From a virus: a DNA stretch of 64,000 nt. The stretch lies in IMG/VR virus record IMGVR_UViG_3300042301_003932; one strand, given 5' to 3'. The translations under genes and the position numbers were made by a program. Shown here in pieces: positions 46,836-57,056 of this stretch (positions are counted from its first letter, which is position 1; each line of letters begins with the position of its first letter). A model generated the notes under the pieces. That model made no database searches. It saw nothing but the letters and a program-made list of their open reading frames with translations, and had not been told where the DNA came from.

Positions 46836-48067
46836 ACGGCCCCTTCTAATTTTTCTAACCAATCTTTTGTTTTAGAATGAGCCCAAACAGTCCATGACTT
46901 GGGTTTTCTATATGTTAAAAATTGCCTTCTTATTGTTATTTCATTTTTTATGTAATTATTAATTTCCGATTCTGTTGCATCTTTTCTATAAATTTCTTGT
47001 CCGTTTTCGTCGTGATATATTACCGCCCAAAAATCATAATCATCTTGTGTGAAATTGTTTTTATCTAAACTTATTTCATGTTCAAACATAGATGAAAAAC
47101 TTTTTTCCCATTCTTTTTCGTTTTCTATTTCAGGATTTGGTGGGTAATTTTTTTGTAGTGTGTATTCTTGTACTGATCTTTTTTCAAACAACAATCCAGC
47201 GTATTTTTCATAATCCCTTAATGCCCTAACATTTCCTAAACCATATTTTCCAACATGTCCTTCTTGATTTTCACCATCCATACCAAAAAGTTTCCTATTT
47301 AATAAATGTGCACTTTCATTCTTTTTATACCATTCTTTATCGTCGTCCCACTGTTTTACTCTACCATTTCTTGTATATTCATGCCAAATAACCACTTTAT
47401 GGGGGTGAAATAAATCATATCCGTGAGTGAAGGCCCTAACTGCGATTGATATCTCTTCTCCATGAAAATAAAAATCAGGGTTGTGTTGAACTTCTTTACT
47501 AAATTGACCTAATGTAAAACAAAAATGGGCGGAATAAAATCTTGATGGTATCGGCGTATCAATATTTTGCCAATCAGGAATTGCTTCAGGTAAGAAGAAA
47601 ACGGCACCTTCAGGTATAAATTTGTCAAATACCATTCGCCAAGGCACTCTTACTCTTCCGTTTGGGTCGTTATTTGGGTCGTAAGAAGATACGTAACCTG
47701 TTAATAGTGGTTTTGGTATTCCTAAGTCTTGCAGTTGTTTAATCATACCTATTAGAGTCTCATCCCAATCTTTTTCAAATCTCATATGTGAATCTATCTG
47801 TAAGGTATATTCCTCGTCTTTATATAGTTGTTGTACTTGATTACGAGCCCAACAAACACCTTTTGATTCTTGGTGTGGTATGTTTAAAACTCTAAACCTA
47901 TCGTCAATTTCATATTCAGTAAGATCGTCAAACTTATCGTCAGGATGAAATTGTCTTGCAATTCCAAAAACTAAATTCTCAGGATGTTTAGAATTTTCTA
48001 AGCATGATTTGATTGTTGGTATTAATTCCGGATCTCTATAAGATGCGATTTGAATAAATATTTTCAT
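46832..48067 (-). CDS. GT60-like polypeptide GlcNAc-transferase
   Basis: IFIQIASYRDPE, GVCWAR, QIDSHMRF (DSH), FHGEEI, THGYD, WHEY. Confidence 0.82.
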   Translation of the reverse strand: MKIFIQIASYRDPELIPTIKSCLENSKHPENLVFGIARQFHPDDKFDDLTEYEIDDRFRVLNIPHQESKGVCWARNQVQQLYKDEEYTLQIDSHMRFEKDWDETLIGMIKQLQDLGIPKPLLTGYVSSYDPNNDPNGRVRVPWRMVFDKFIPEGAVFFLPEAIPDWQNIDTPIPSRFYSAHFCFTLGQFSKEVQHNPDFYFHGEEISIAVRAFTHGYDLFHPHKVVIWHEYTRNGRVKQWDDDKEWYKKNESAHLLNRKLFGMDGENQEGHVGKYGLGNVRALRDYEKYAGLLFEKRSVQEYTLQKNYPPNPEIENEKEWEKSFSSMFEHEISLDKNNFTQDDYDFWAVIYHDENGQEIYRKDATESEINNYIKNEITIRRQFLTYRKPKSWTVWAHSKTKDWLEKLEGAV

Positions 48068-48108
48068 AATCTAAAAATAGATTTTTGAAAATAGTTTGTA
48101 AATAAAAA

Positions 48109-49731
48109 TTAAGATTCTAAATTACTAATTCTTACCTTTAGTTCCTCAATAATTTTTTGTTGTTCCTTGATTGCTTCAACCAAAACCGCGGTTATGTTGT
48201 CCATATGTATTCCTTTAATTTTATCTTCAGTATTATTATTAATGAAGACTAACTCAGGTATAACTTTTTCAACTTCTTGAGCAATAAAACCAATTTTTTT
48301 TCCTTCTTGACCAATCCAACTATAAGTAACACCTGAAAGTTGTAAGAGTTTTTCTAACGAATTAGTTAATGGTTCAATATTTTCTTTTAATCTAATATCA
48401 GAAGTTGCGGTTGTTAATGTACCGTCTGAGGTAATATTAAGATTGGCAAAAAATGCCGTCGCTCCAACAGTCCTAAATCTACCATTACCATCCACATCTA
48501 TATTTGTTGATGGTTGTTCCGATGATGTGTAAAAGGCAGATCCTATACCCAATCTAGCTCCAGTGGTTACTACTGCGGATGTTGGTGTTGGTGTTGAGGT
48601 TCCACTAAATCTAAATCCAGATCCTACACCTCCAGCACCAATCACTAGACTTCTACCTCCAGTAGCAACAATAACCGTATCACCTGAAATTGTATTATAA
48701 TTATATGAATCATCATCTGCCGTAGGAATTATTAACACACCTTTAGGTGTTGATTCATTATTTACCGCCCTAATTGCAATTTCGTCAATAACAAAATCAC
48801 CTGAATTCACGTCTAATTTATATGATGGTGAAGACGTTCCAATACCTACATTACCACTACTATCAATTCTCATTCTTTCACCAACAGTTGTCCCTCCTGT
48901 TAGTGAACCGGTTGCTCCTGTTGTTCCAAATATTAAACTCCCTTCAGATGCTGTGTTTGTGACACCTCCTATATAACTTTTAACTCCGACACCACCAGTA
49001 TCGTTACTATAAAATTCTATTTTTCCTTTAAATTGGTTATTCGCGGATATAGTATCCGTGTCGGTAAATCTTAAAGTATTATTCACCGCAGAGGAGGTAT
49101 TTGATGATGTTATATCTAATCTTGTACTTGGTGAAGACGTTCCTAATCCTGTATTACCTGTTACCGATAGTTGTCCATTCACCGTTAACCCTGTCACAGT
49201 ATTAAATAATACACTATATGTTCCACCAGTGTTATTTGTGTATGTAAATGCGTTATTAGAGTATGTTGCTCCTGTTACTCTAATGTCTGTTGGTAAATTT
49301 TGGTATGTTGTTGCAGATATTGTGTTTGATGAAGTCGTGCCGGTAACTGTTAAATTTCCATTGGTTGTTAGTCCTGTTACGGTATTGAATAATACTGAAA
49401 ATGTTCCTCCCGTATTATTTATATACGTAAAACTGTTATTTGAATATGTTGCCCCTGTTACTCTAACATCCGTACTTCCCGTAAAAAAGCCTGTAACGTT
49501 AAACGTACCTCCAGTACTATTTGTAAATGTTGCTGTGCCCGAACTATAAGTTCCTCCGGTAACAAAAGTATCTTTAAATATTGTTAACAATTGTTGTAGT
49601 TCCGCCTTATAAGAAGATCCTGCAGGATTTTGTGAAGGGTCTCCGGTGTATACAATATGTATTAGTGTTGTCGGTGTTATTGCCGATGTTTGTGCTAATG
49701 TTCTATCAGTAAGTAATTGATATGTTGGCAT
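48109..49731 (-). CDS. Tail fibre with C-terminal intramolecular chaperone (peptidase S74-like)
   Basis: GNVGIGTSSP repeats, SDIRLKENI, GFIAQEVE, LVEAIKEQ; internal TGATYSNN duplication. Confidence 0.88.
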   Translation of the reverse strand: MPTYQLLTDRTLAQTSAITPTTLIHIVYTGDPSQNPAGSSYKAELQQLLTIFKDTFVTGGTYSSGTATFTNSTGGTFNVTGFFTGSTDVRVTGATYSNNSFTYINNTGGTFSVLFNTVTGLTTNGNLTVTGTTSSNTISATTYQNLPTDIRVTGATYSNNAFTYTNNTGGTYSVLFNTVTGLTVNGQLSVTGNTGLGTSSPSTRLDITSSNTSSAVNNTLRFTDTDTISANNQFKGKIEFYSNDTGGVGVKSYIGGVTNTASEGSLIFGTTGATGSLTGGTTVGERMRIDSSGNVGIGTSSPSYKLDVNSGDFVIDEIAIRAVNNESTPKGVLIIPTADDDSYNYNTISGDTVIVATGGRSLVIGAGGVGSGFRFSGTSTPTPTSAVVTTGARLGIGSAFYTSSEQPSTNIDVDGNGRFRTVGATAFFANLNITSDGTLTTATSDIRLKENIEPLTNSLEKLLQLSGVTYSWIGQEGKKIGFIAQEVEKVIPELVFINNNTEDKIKGIHMDNITAVLVEAIKEQQKIIEELKVRISNLES

Positions 49732-49763
49732 ATTTTATTTTATAAATATATTATTAATATTTT

Positions 49764-50051
49764 TTATTGAAACGAAAATGGTATTCCGTCCATAAAATCA
49801 AAGAATATTCCATCTTGGAAAGCCTTGAAATTAACACAATCTATTGGATATAATTTTATGCATCCGATAGTGTCAATAATTTTTAAATATAAAAAAGTTT
49901 CGTAAGGAAAATATGATTGTGTGTCAATCACAATTGTTGCCGGTATTGAAGTTAGCCCTGATATATAAAAACAACCTGTATTTGTTGGGTCGCATAAATA
50001 AACGTCATATGGTTCAACTCCACCAGTATCTCCTGTTATATTAATTATCAT
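49764..50051 (-). CDS. Small Cys-containing protein (paralog set)
   Basis: ITGDTGGVEPYDVYLCD...C...KIIDTIGC. Confidence 0.7.
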   Translation of the reverse strand: MIINITGDTGGVEPYDVYLCDPTNTGCFYISGLTSIPATIVIDTQSYFPYETFLYLKIIDTIGCIKLYPIDCVNFKAFQDGIFFDFMDGIPFSFQ

Positions 50052-50069
50052 AATAATAAATATGTATAA

Positions 50070-50357
50070 CTACCAAACTAACGCGTCCCCACCTTCTGTT
50101 GTTAAAAAATCACCTAATTCTGTAAGGATAAAATAATCATCTTCAGGAGCACAAGAAATAATTTTGAAGTAAATACAACCCGTACTATCAACCGATTTAA
50201 CCATAATGGTAGTTGCGGTCTGTAATAATGTTGGTAAAACATATATTCCGGGTGCGTAACCTAAAAGTGTGCAATTATTCCCATATTCATCACAAGCATA
50301 GAACGCTATTGGTGCGGTCCCCCCTGAAACTCCTGTTATGTCTATTGAATACGGCAT
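50070..50357 (-). CDS. Small Cys-containing protein (paralog set)
   Basis: ITGVSGGTAPIAFYACD...C...KSVDSTGC. Confidence 0.7.
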   Translation of the reverse strand: MPYSIDITGVSGGTAPIAFYACDEYGNNCTLLGYAPGIYVLPTLLQTATTIMVKSVDSTGCIYFKIISCAPEDDYFILTELGDFLTTEGGDALVW

Positions 50358-50358
50358 A

Positions 50359-53115
50359 TTAACACTGATAAACGTTTAAAACATTAGCACTAGCACCTAC
50401 TTGAACAACGTATCTAAGTCCAACCACAGGACAGTCATTTGATAAGTAATTTCTACCCCAACCACCACCAGACGATCCTAAATTATATACCCATCCTGTT
50501 GCAGGTATTGTAAGATTTTGATCAACATAAATTATAGTACCCACTGTAATTGTTGGTGTTGCCGTGTAAAAAGTTTGTGAACTACATCCCGCTGCGGCGT
50601 ATGCACTACAAGGTACGGTTGATGAAGATGGGTAGTTAAATGGTCCATTAGTAAACCAAGCATAATTGACCGTTGTTGGTGCAGGTGTTGGGCTCGGAGT
50701 TGGACTCGGAGTTGGTGTTGGACTCGGAGTTGGTGTTGGACTCGGAGTTGGTGTTGGTGTTGCGGTAGGAGTTGGGCTCGGAGTTGGTGTTGGTATAACA
50801 TCTTGACAAGAAATATCGTAATCAATATTTAAAGATAGGTTAAACCCTGCGTTACCTAATGGGTCAACACCTCCTTGACAATTAGATTTTATTTGTATTG
50901 TGTTATTCAATAGATTCACACTATATTCACCAACTTCGGGTATTGATGATAATATTGTCTCAATTGCCGATTGCCATCCAGCATCGTTTTCAACAATAAT
51001 AGTTTGAGTAAACGCACTTCCATTCAAATTGATTTCACATTCTAAAATGTAACTATTTAATAAACAATTAGTATAACCTGACGTTAAATCCAAAAACCCT
51101 TCAGACACCATTTCGGTAATACCTCTTTTTGTACCTGAAGTTGTTGTAAAATTATTATCTGAACAAATACTGTACCTTGTAAAACCTGTTATTTGTGTGA
51201 AAGTACAGTCAATAACAAAAGAAAGGTAGTTTGTACATCCACTATTATCAGTAACCGTAACAGTATACGATCCACCCGATAAACCAGTTACAGTACTACC
51301 CGTTTGTAGTGGTGGTACATTATCTGACCAATCGTATGTAAATGGTGGTGTACCATCAAAAATAGACACATTTGCGGTTCCATCATTACCAAATACACAA
51401 TTATTCACAAAAACTGCACTGTCAAGTTGTGGTGTTGTTCCTATTGTAAATGTATCTGAAACAATACAATCATCTTCGTCCCTTACTTGTATTGTGTATA
51501 TACCGGGAGCCAAATTACTAAAAGTCATTGAGCTAAGAGTTGTATCAATAATTGGTGGTGTTCCTGTTAAAATATAATCTAATTGTCCTCCTGTTTGCCA
51601 ATTAGTGTATCCCGTTCCAACATTTACAGTAATTAAACCATTACTCAATTCGCAAGTCGCATTAGTAACGGAAACATCAACACTAAATTTTTCATCTGAA
51701 TTAACAACCAAAGTTTCAGCATAACCACAACCCGAACTTTCTCCTGATATTGTTAAAACATAAGTATCATTTTGTAGATTTGGAAATGTAACATTTTGAC
51801 TTTGTGTGTAAAAAGTGTAAACTTGATTTGTAGATAAACCGGTTAATGTGTATAAATAAAATCCAATTAATCCACTTATTGTTGTTGTTATTGATCCGCT
51901 ACTTTGATTACAACTTGAATTTGTTATATTGTTTCCAACAACGTTAAATCCTCCAACAGTATTTAATGAAGTATTAACAATAATTGGGCAGTAATTTGCG
52001 TCTCTTACTAAAATAGAGTAACTACCCGCAGGTAATGAACTTATAGTAAAAGTATTTGATAATGTGTAACCAACTTGTCCAGTATTTGCCGAATAAAAAT
52101 AAGGTCCGGTACCACCTGACATTGTTATTTGTAATGATCCATTTGACGTAAAACAATTTGGTTCTGTTGGGGTTATAGAAAGTACTCCAAGTGGTTGTGC
52201 AATCCCAACTGTCGCTTGTTTTGTGACTTGACATCCATAAAAATCGGTAACAGTTACTGAGTAGTTACCGGCAGTTAAACCTGTAGCCAACTGTGTGGTT
52301 TGACCATCTGACCACAAATACGTATAAGGTCCTGTTCCAGTTACCCCTGTAACCGCAACTTTACCAGTATTAATAACACAAGTTCCGGCATCAACAACCC
52401 AAAAACCATAATCAATATTTGTGCTAGCACTTATAACAACATTTTCAGTTATCGCAGTAGCCAAACCATAATCATATACAACCGCATGATATATTGATGG
52501 TGGTAAACCGTTAATTTGGTATGGGAATGTTATTGCATTAAAACTTCCAACATAATCAGATACACCACTATAAACAAGTATGGTGTATGGTGCATTTACC
52601 GATGTACCACTAACCTCAAAACTACCATTATTTTCTCCACATAAAGTTCCTGTTGTATTTAAAATATTTGCAGAAAAACAATCAGAAACTAATAAATTTA
52701 TAAAAAGTTCGTTATTTTGAAGACCTAATGAGTCATTCAATCTAAACACATATGTACCACCAGTCAGACCTGTGAATGTTATTTGACCTGAACTTGTTTG
52801 GGCACTTAAACCGCTACCTAAAGGTGTGATATTATCTATAGTATAAGGTGATACACCTCCAAATGATGAAAATGTAACCGCACCCGTGGGGTTATCACAA
52901 ACACCTGTTACTGAAAAAGTATAACTTAGTGGTCCCGTACTACAGTCTTGAACACAAACACTTATAGGATCTAAAATAAGTCCAATAGATGATCCTGAAA
53001 ATGCCGTATCAACACATACCGTATCCAATCCACCGGCAAAACCAACTTGTAATACACCACAACAATCGGTATAACTATAATAACCACCAGTAGTAAATCC
53101 AGTAATACAAGCCAT
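50359..53115 (-). CDS. Large virion protein with multiple SprB-like repeats and a (PT/PS)n tract
   Basis: Repeated [25 protein letters not shown] units; PTPSPT tract near the C-terminus. Confidence 0.85.
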   Translation of the reverse strand: MACITGFTTGGYYSYTDCCGVLQVGFAGGLDTVCVDTAFSGSSIGLILDPISVCVQDCSTGPLSYTFSVTGVCDNPTGAVTFSSFGGVSPYTIDNITPLGSGLSAQTSSGQITFTGLTGGTYVFRLNDSLGLQNNELFINLLVSDCFSANILNTTGTLCGENNGSFEVSGTSVNAPYTILVYSGVSDYVGSFNAITFPYQINGLPPSIYHAVVYDYGLATAITENVVISASTNIDYGFWVVDAGTCVINTGKVAVTGVTGTGPYTYLWSDGQTTQLATGLTAGNYSVTVTDFYGCQVTKQATVGIAQPLGVLSITPTEPNCFTSNGSLQITMSGGTGPYFYSANTGQVGYTLSNTFTISSLPAGSYSILVRDANYCPIIVNTSLNTVGGFNVVGNNITNSSCNQSSGSITTTISGLIGFYLYTLTGLSTNQVYTFYTQSQNVTFPNLQNDTYVLTISGESSGCGYAETLVVNSDEKFSVDVSVTNATCELSNGLITVNVGTGYTNWQTGGQLDYILTGTPPIIDTTLSSMTFSNLAPGIYTIQVRDEDDCIVSDTFTIGTTPQLDSAVFVNNCVFGNDGTANVSIFDGTPPFTYDWSDNVPPLQTGSTVTGLSGGSYTVTVTDNSGCTNYLSFVIDCTFTQITGFTRYSICSDNNFTTTSGTKRGITEMVSEGFLDLTSGYTNCLLNSYILECEINLNGSAFTQTIIVENDAGWQSAIETILSSIPEVGEYSVNLLNNTIQIKSNCQGGVDPLGNAGFNLSLNIDYDISCQDVIPTPTPSPTPTATPTPTPSPTPTPSPTPTPSPTPSPTPAPTTVNYAWFTNGPFNYPSSSTVPCSAYAAAGCSSQTFYTATPTITVGTIIYVDQNLTIPATGWVYNLGSSGGGWGRNYLSNDCPVVGLRYVVQVGASANVLNVYQC
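50675..50795. repeat. Tandem 6/18-bp repeats encoding PTPSPT
   Basis: GGACTCGGAGTTGGTGTT units. Confidence 0.85.
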
Positions 53116-56100
53116 TATCCACAATTAATTTGTAAATCTAAACCAACATATAGGTTTAGAAGTTTATTTGTAAAATTATCATAACAACTAGAATTACTAA
53201 TCGTTAATACCCCACCTGAAAAATAATAATTTAATCCGTACTGATATAAATACTGAAGTTTAGAATCAATAGCATTTATTACTTGAAAATAATCAATCGG
53301 TAATCCTGTTGTTATGTCAACCGCATTCTGACCGTAACCAACATAAAAAGGTTCAAAAACCAAAGTATCTTCAATATTTGTTATAGTATCTTTTAATGTT
53401 AATTCAATATACCAAGTTGATACCATAGAGGAAGAATCACAATTAGCACTTGTAAATCCACTACTTGTATATAACTGATTTATTTTTTCATTTAAAACAG
53501 CAATTGGGTCAAAAGTGGGTAAAGAACATTGTGTTGTTTGATCAATACAATCATAAGTATAGGGTTCTCCATTATATTCACAAGGCAAACAATCGGTATT
53601 TTTTAAATCGCCTAATATAAAAGTACAACCTCTTTGTCTTCTCCAAACAAATTTTTGTCTATGAAATACTGAATTATCTAATTTCTGCCCTGTATTCCAA
53701 ATAGTTGTTGCCGGTACAAATTGTTCAACAAGTCGTATCCAATAATCACCTAACCCCAAAGTAAAATCTATCATTTTTTGATAGGTAAACTTATTGTTTG
53801 GTATATTCAAAACTTGGTCAGTTTGTAAATATTTCCAAAATATTGACTGTAACGCAGGATAACCTCCCGTTTTTCCATCTGATATTGTTTGCCTATTTCT
53901 TACATTAATTAAATTGTTGTAAAAAGTTTGAGCAAACTCAAAAAACGTTTTTTTATTTGGTTTGGGGTCTATTATTGTCCAATCATTAAGACCTGGTGAT
54001 GGGTATGGTGCAGTTAATCCCGAATTTGGGATTGGGTATCCATATCTTGAAGACATTTCCCAAATATCATAAGTTATACCTTGTCCCATGTTAAGATATA
54101 ATTCCATGTTTTTTACGTTTATAACCTGTCCTTCATTTTCTAAGAGGTAATTTGTTGGTGCCGAACTTTGTGTATTTTTTCTAAGTCCGACCTCATCTTT
54201 TTTCCATGATTTTTTATTATCTATAGTTTTTGTTAATCCGTATCCAATATCCATTGTTGGAAATTTTTCATATCTATTTAAATAGTCCTGCCCATAGGTA
54301 AAAGGCTTCAATTTTGTAACTATTATGGATGGTGATACGGTAAAATTTGATAATGTAAAATCTATTTCTTCTGTTGATCTATGATCGGGAGTGGTTTCAA
54401 ACCAACCCGCACCTTTTTGAAAGAAAAATGAATCACTTTCAGTTGGCATTTCGGGGTATCCGGTATCTATATTAATTGGGTAATTATTTAAATCAGGTAA
54501 TGTTGATTTTATGACTCCTGATGTTGTAAATCCGGTATATTGTGTTCCTAAAATTGAAAACACATTAGTTGAATCTAGTGTTGGTGATTCTATGTAAGTA
54601 GTACCTCCTGATATTTTTGCATATTTTTCATAAAAATCGTCTAAAGAAATCTTTTGATCGGCTAAATACACATACTCATTAAATTCTATTAGGGCATCAG
54701 GTGCACCAATCATTCTCATAATATATTCAATTGAGGTTCTAGTTCCTTTTGATCTAAATAAAAAACCAGAATTAAGAATTAAATTCCTATAGTATTGATA
54801 ATTTAGTTCTGCGGGGGTATCTTCTTTACCTTGTCCAGGATATATTATATCGTTTGTCGTTGAAAAAACTGATTGTAGTAATGAGTCATTAGTTATTGGT
54901 GATATGTTTGGGTCAATCCCTAAAGTCGCAGCTAAGTTTGCTAATAGAGCGGATGGTATATCATTTTTTACAACATAATTTACAGATATTATGTTAGCCA
55001 AAGCATCTATAAATTTTTTAGTCTCGTCAAAACTTCTACCGTAAATTTGTAAAGTTTTTTCTATTTTCTGATCATTTGTATCAAATTCTTTTAATGATCC
55101 TGAAATTAAAAATCTACTTACTAAATTTGTTTTGTATTCGTCTAATCTTTCTGTTATATATTGCAAATTTGTTAAATATTCATCAAACTGACTTGTTCTT
55201 ATATCCAAATTCCATAAACCATCTAGTGACCATGTTAAAATTTTATTTATGATAATATAATTTCCATTATCATCATAATCCGGATAACTAAACTTAGTAG
55301 TATATTGCGGATATGCATATCTATTTAACAAATAATCTTCAACTTCATCAAAATCATCTTGAAATATTTTTTCCGTTATTAATTTGTTAGGTTTTAATAA
55401 AATTGTTTCTGTAGTGGTGGTTGAGGAAAACGGGTTTCCTTGTACTGTAATTGTTACGGTACCCCCGGTTACTGAACTTGTTGGTATTAAATCTACTATT
55501 TTGTATTCGTTATTTGTTTCTCCTACAAAAACAGCAAAGTCTTGGTAATTACTTGTGAGGTCTCTATATTTAGAAACTTTTATAGGTCTGTTTTTAACAT
55601 TAGAGTTTGCATTAATTGAAAAATCAATGTCAAAAGGATTTCTAAAAAAGTTTGAGTCAATATTAAATGTTGTTTCATTGTCAATAACATCATATGATAT
55701 ATTAAATGCGGTGTTACCTGTTTGTAGAATTAAATTAGTAAAGTTTACCTCAATTGCTGCAGGAAAATAATTAATAATTTTATTTATAGATGATGAAATT
55801 CTTTTACTTAAAGAACCATATAGAGAAAAACTAGTTATTTGTGATAAATCAAAATTTGGGTAAACTTTAAAGTTTTTTTCTATAATTTTTTTTGATTCTT
55901 CTAAACTTTGTATATTTAAATTTTCTAAGTTGAATGGGTCAGAAAATATTCCAGTACTAAAAGTTCTACTAACTTTTTCGTAAACCGATCTTGTGAACTG
56001 AAAATTCCCAAGAGTCAGACCTCCTCCCGATACTAATTGTACTCCGACCAAATCATCAGAAAAAGTACCCGAACCTACAGGTGGTGGTGTTGGACATATG

Positions 56101-56117
56101 AATTTAGTTTTAGCCAT
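53115..56117 (-). CDS. Putative baseplate wedge/tail protein
   Basis: LANLAATLG...LFRSKGTRTSIEYIMRMIG motif. Confidence 0.65.
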   Translation of the reverse strand: MAKTKFICPTPPPVGSGTFSDDLVGVQLVSGGGLTLGNFQFTRSVYEKVSRTFSTGIFSDPFNLENLNIQSLEESKKIIEKNFKVYPNFDLSQITSFSLYGSLSKRISSSINKIINYFPAAIEVNFTNLILQTGNTAFNISYDVIDNETTFNIDSNFFRNPFDIDFSINANSNVKNRPIKVSKYRDLTSNYQDFAVFVGETNNEYKIVDLIPTSSVTGGTVTITVQGNPFSSTTTTETILLKPNKLITEKIFQDDFDEVEDYLLNRYAYPQYTTKFSYPDYDDNGNYIIINKILTWSLDGLWNLDIRTSQFDEYLTNLQYITERLDEYKTNLVSRFLISGSLKEFDTNDQKIEKTLQIYGRSFDETKKFIDALANIISVNYVVKNDIPSALLANLAATLGIDPNISPITNDSLLQSVFSTTNDIIYPGQGKEDTPAELNYQYYRNLILNSGFLFRSKGTRTSIEYIMRMIGAPDALIEFNEYVYLADQKISLDDFYEKYAKISGGTTYIESPTLDSTNVFSILGTQYTGFTTSGVIKSTLPDLNNYPINIDTGYPEMPTESDSFFFQKGAGWFETTPDHRSTEEIDFTLSNFTVSPSIIVTKLKPFTYGQDYLNRYEKFPTMDIGYGLTKTIDNKKSWKKDEVGLRKNTQSSAPTNYLLENEGQVINVKNMELYLNMGQGITYDIWEMSSRYGYPIPNSGLTAPYPSPGLNDWTIIDPKPNKKTFFEFAQTFYNNLINVRNRQTISDGKTGGYPALQSIFWKYLQTDQVLNIPNNKFTYQKMIDFTLGLGDYWIRLVEQFVPATTIWNTGQKLDNSVFHRQKFVWRRQRGCTFILGDLKNTDCLPCEYNGEPYTYDCIDQTTQCSLPTFDPIAVLNEKINQLYTSSGFTSANCDSSSMVSTWYIELTLKDTITNIEDTLVFEPFYVGYGQNAVDITTGLPIDYFQVINAIDSKLQYLYQYGLNYYFSGGVLTISNSSCYDNFTNKLLNLYVGLDLQINCG

Positions 56118-57025
56118 TAACTAATAATATTTGTAAAGTTTTTACTAAAATCAATATTCAAACCTCTATCTTGTCTTACTTCATAAAGTAATTCGTTAAA
56201 TGTGTCTCTAACCTCAAACAAGTTATATTGTTTGTAAATATTTCCAGCAGTATCATAAAGAGTGTATATTCCATCCTCAATACTCTTAGTTTGATTACCA
56301 TAAAGAGCGATTGCCAATGTATCAATATCGTGTTCAGCAATTTGTATATCAACAGTAAATGGATTAAAATACGTATTACTAATTATAATTTCTTGGTTTG
56401 GTTGACCAATAAATGGTGTTGCGTTAGGTTTATTTGTTGGTGATGCGGATGGCGATAAAGTGCAAAATAATAAATCACTTCCCGTGTCTAAATACCTATA
56501 TCTAATAGATTTTTGTGATGTGTTTGTTTGATCAGTAACCACAGGTTCACAAAAAAATGAAGATGTGATTATTCTATAAAAATTAGGTATTTTTGTACCA
56601 TCAGAATTTAAATATTCAACTCTAAACCCAACTAAACCTTGTGCTGTAAATTTATTTCTGAATTCTGCAGGGACATCATTTAAATCAACAATTATTCCTT
56701 TTACATTAGGTAACGCAGATAGAACTCCACAATCAGTAATTGTTGTTCTAATCTCTGCAGGTCTTATATATAAAGTATAGATACCTATTTGATTAAATTC
56801 GTTTGCGGGTAATCTTAAATTATACAACCCACCTAATATTTCTTTACCATTAACACCACCTGTTTGTGAATTGTGAAAATATGGTGTAAGAATATTTGTA
56901 CTATTTAATTTTTTTAACACAAAATTATTTGTTACATCCCTTGATGGTGTGTAATTCAGAATAATGTCAACATCTTGTGGTGACACATCTGCGGGTCTAA
57001 CTGTACCGTATGCTCCTAATGCCAT
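56117..57025 (-). CDS. Putative structural protein
   Basis: 302 aa; TATTTAT upstream; in tail module. Confidence 0.7.
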   Translation of the reverse strand: MALGAYGTVRPADVSPQDVDIILNYTPSRDVTNNFVLKKLNSTNILTPYFHNSQTGGVNGKEILGGLYNLRLPANEFNQIGIYTLYIRPAEIRTTITDCGVLSALPNVKGIIVDLNDVPAEFRNKFTAQGLVGFRVEYLNSDGTKIPNFYRIITSSFFCEPVVTDQTNTSQKSIRYRYLDTGSDLLFCTLSPSASPTNKPNATPFIGQPNQEIIISNTYFNPFTVDIQIAEHDIDTLAIALYGNQTKSIEDGIYTLYDTAGNIYKQYNLFEVRDTFNELLYEVRQDRGLNIDFSKNFTNIIS

Positions 57026-57056
57026 TTTTATTTATAAATAGAGTTTATATTGTTTT

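Noticed and set aside
48109-49731. Diversity-generating retroelement target in the tail fibre
   Set aside because: Internal repeats are in-frame structural duplications; no reverse transcriptase or adenine-specific TR/VR pair in the window
23945-50795. CRISPR array
   Set aside because: All repeats are in-frame coding repeats or microsatellites with no unique spacers; no cas genes; the PD-(D/E)xK nuclease lacks the Cas4 cysteine cluster
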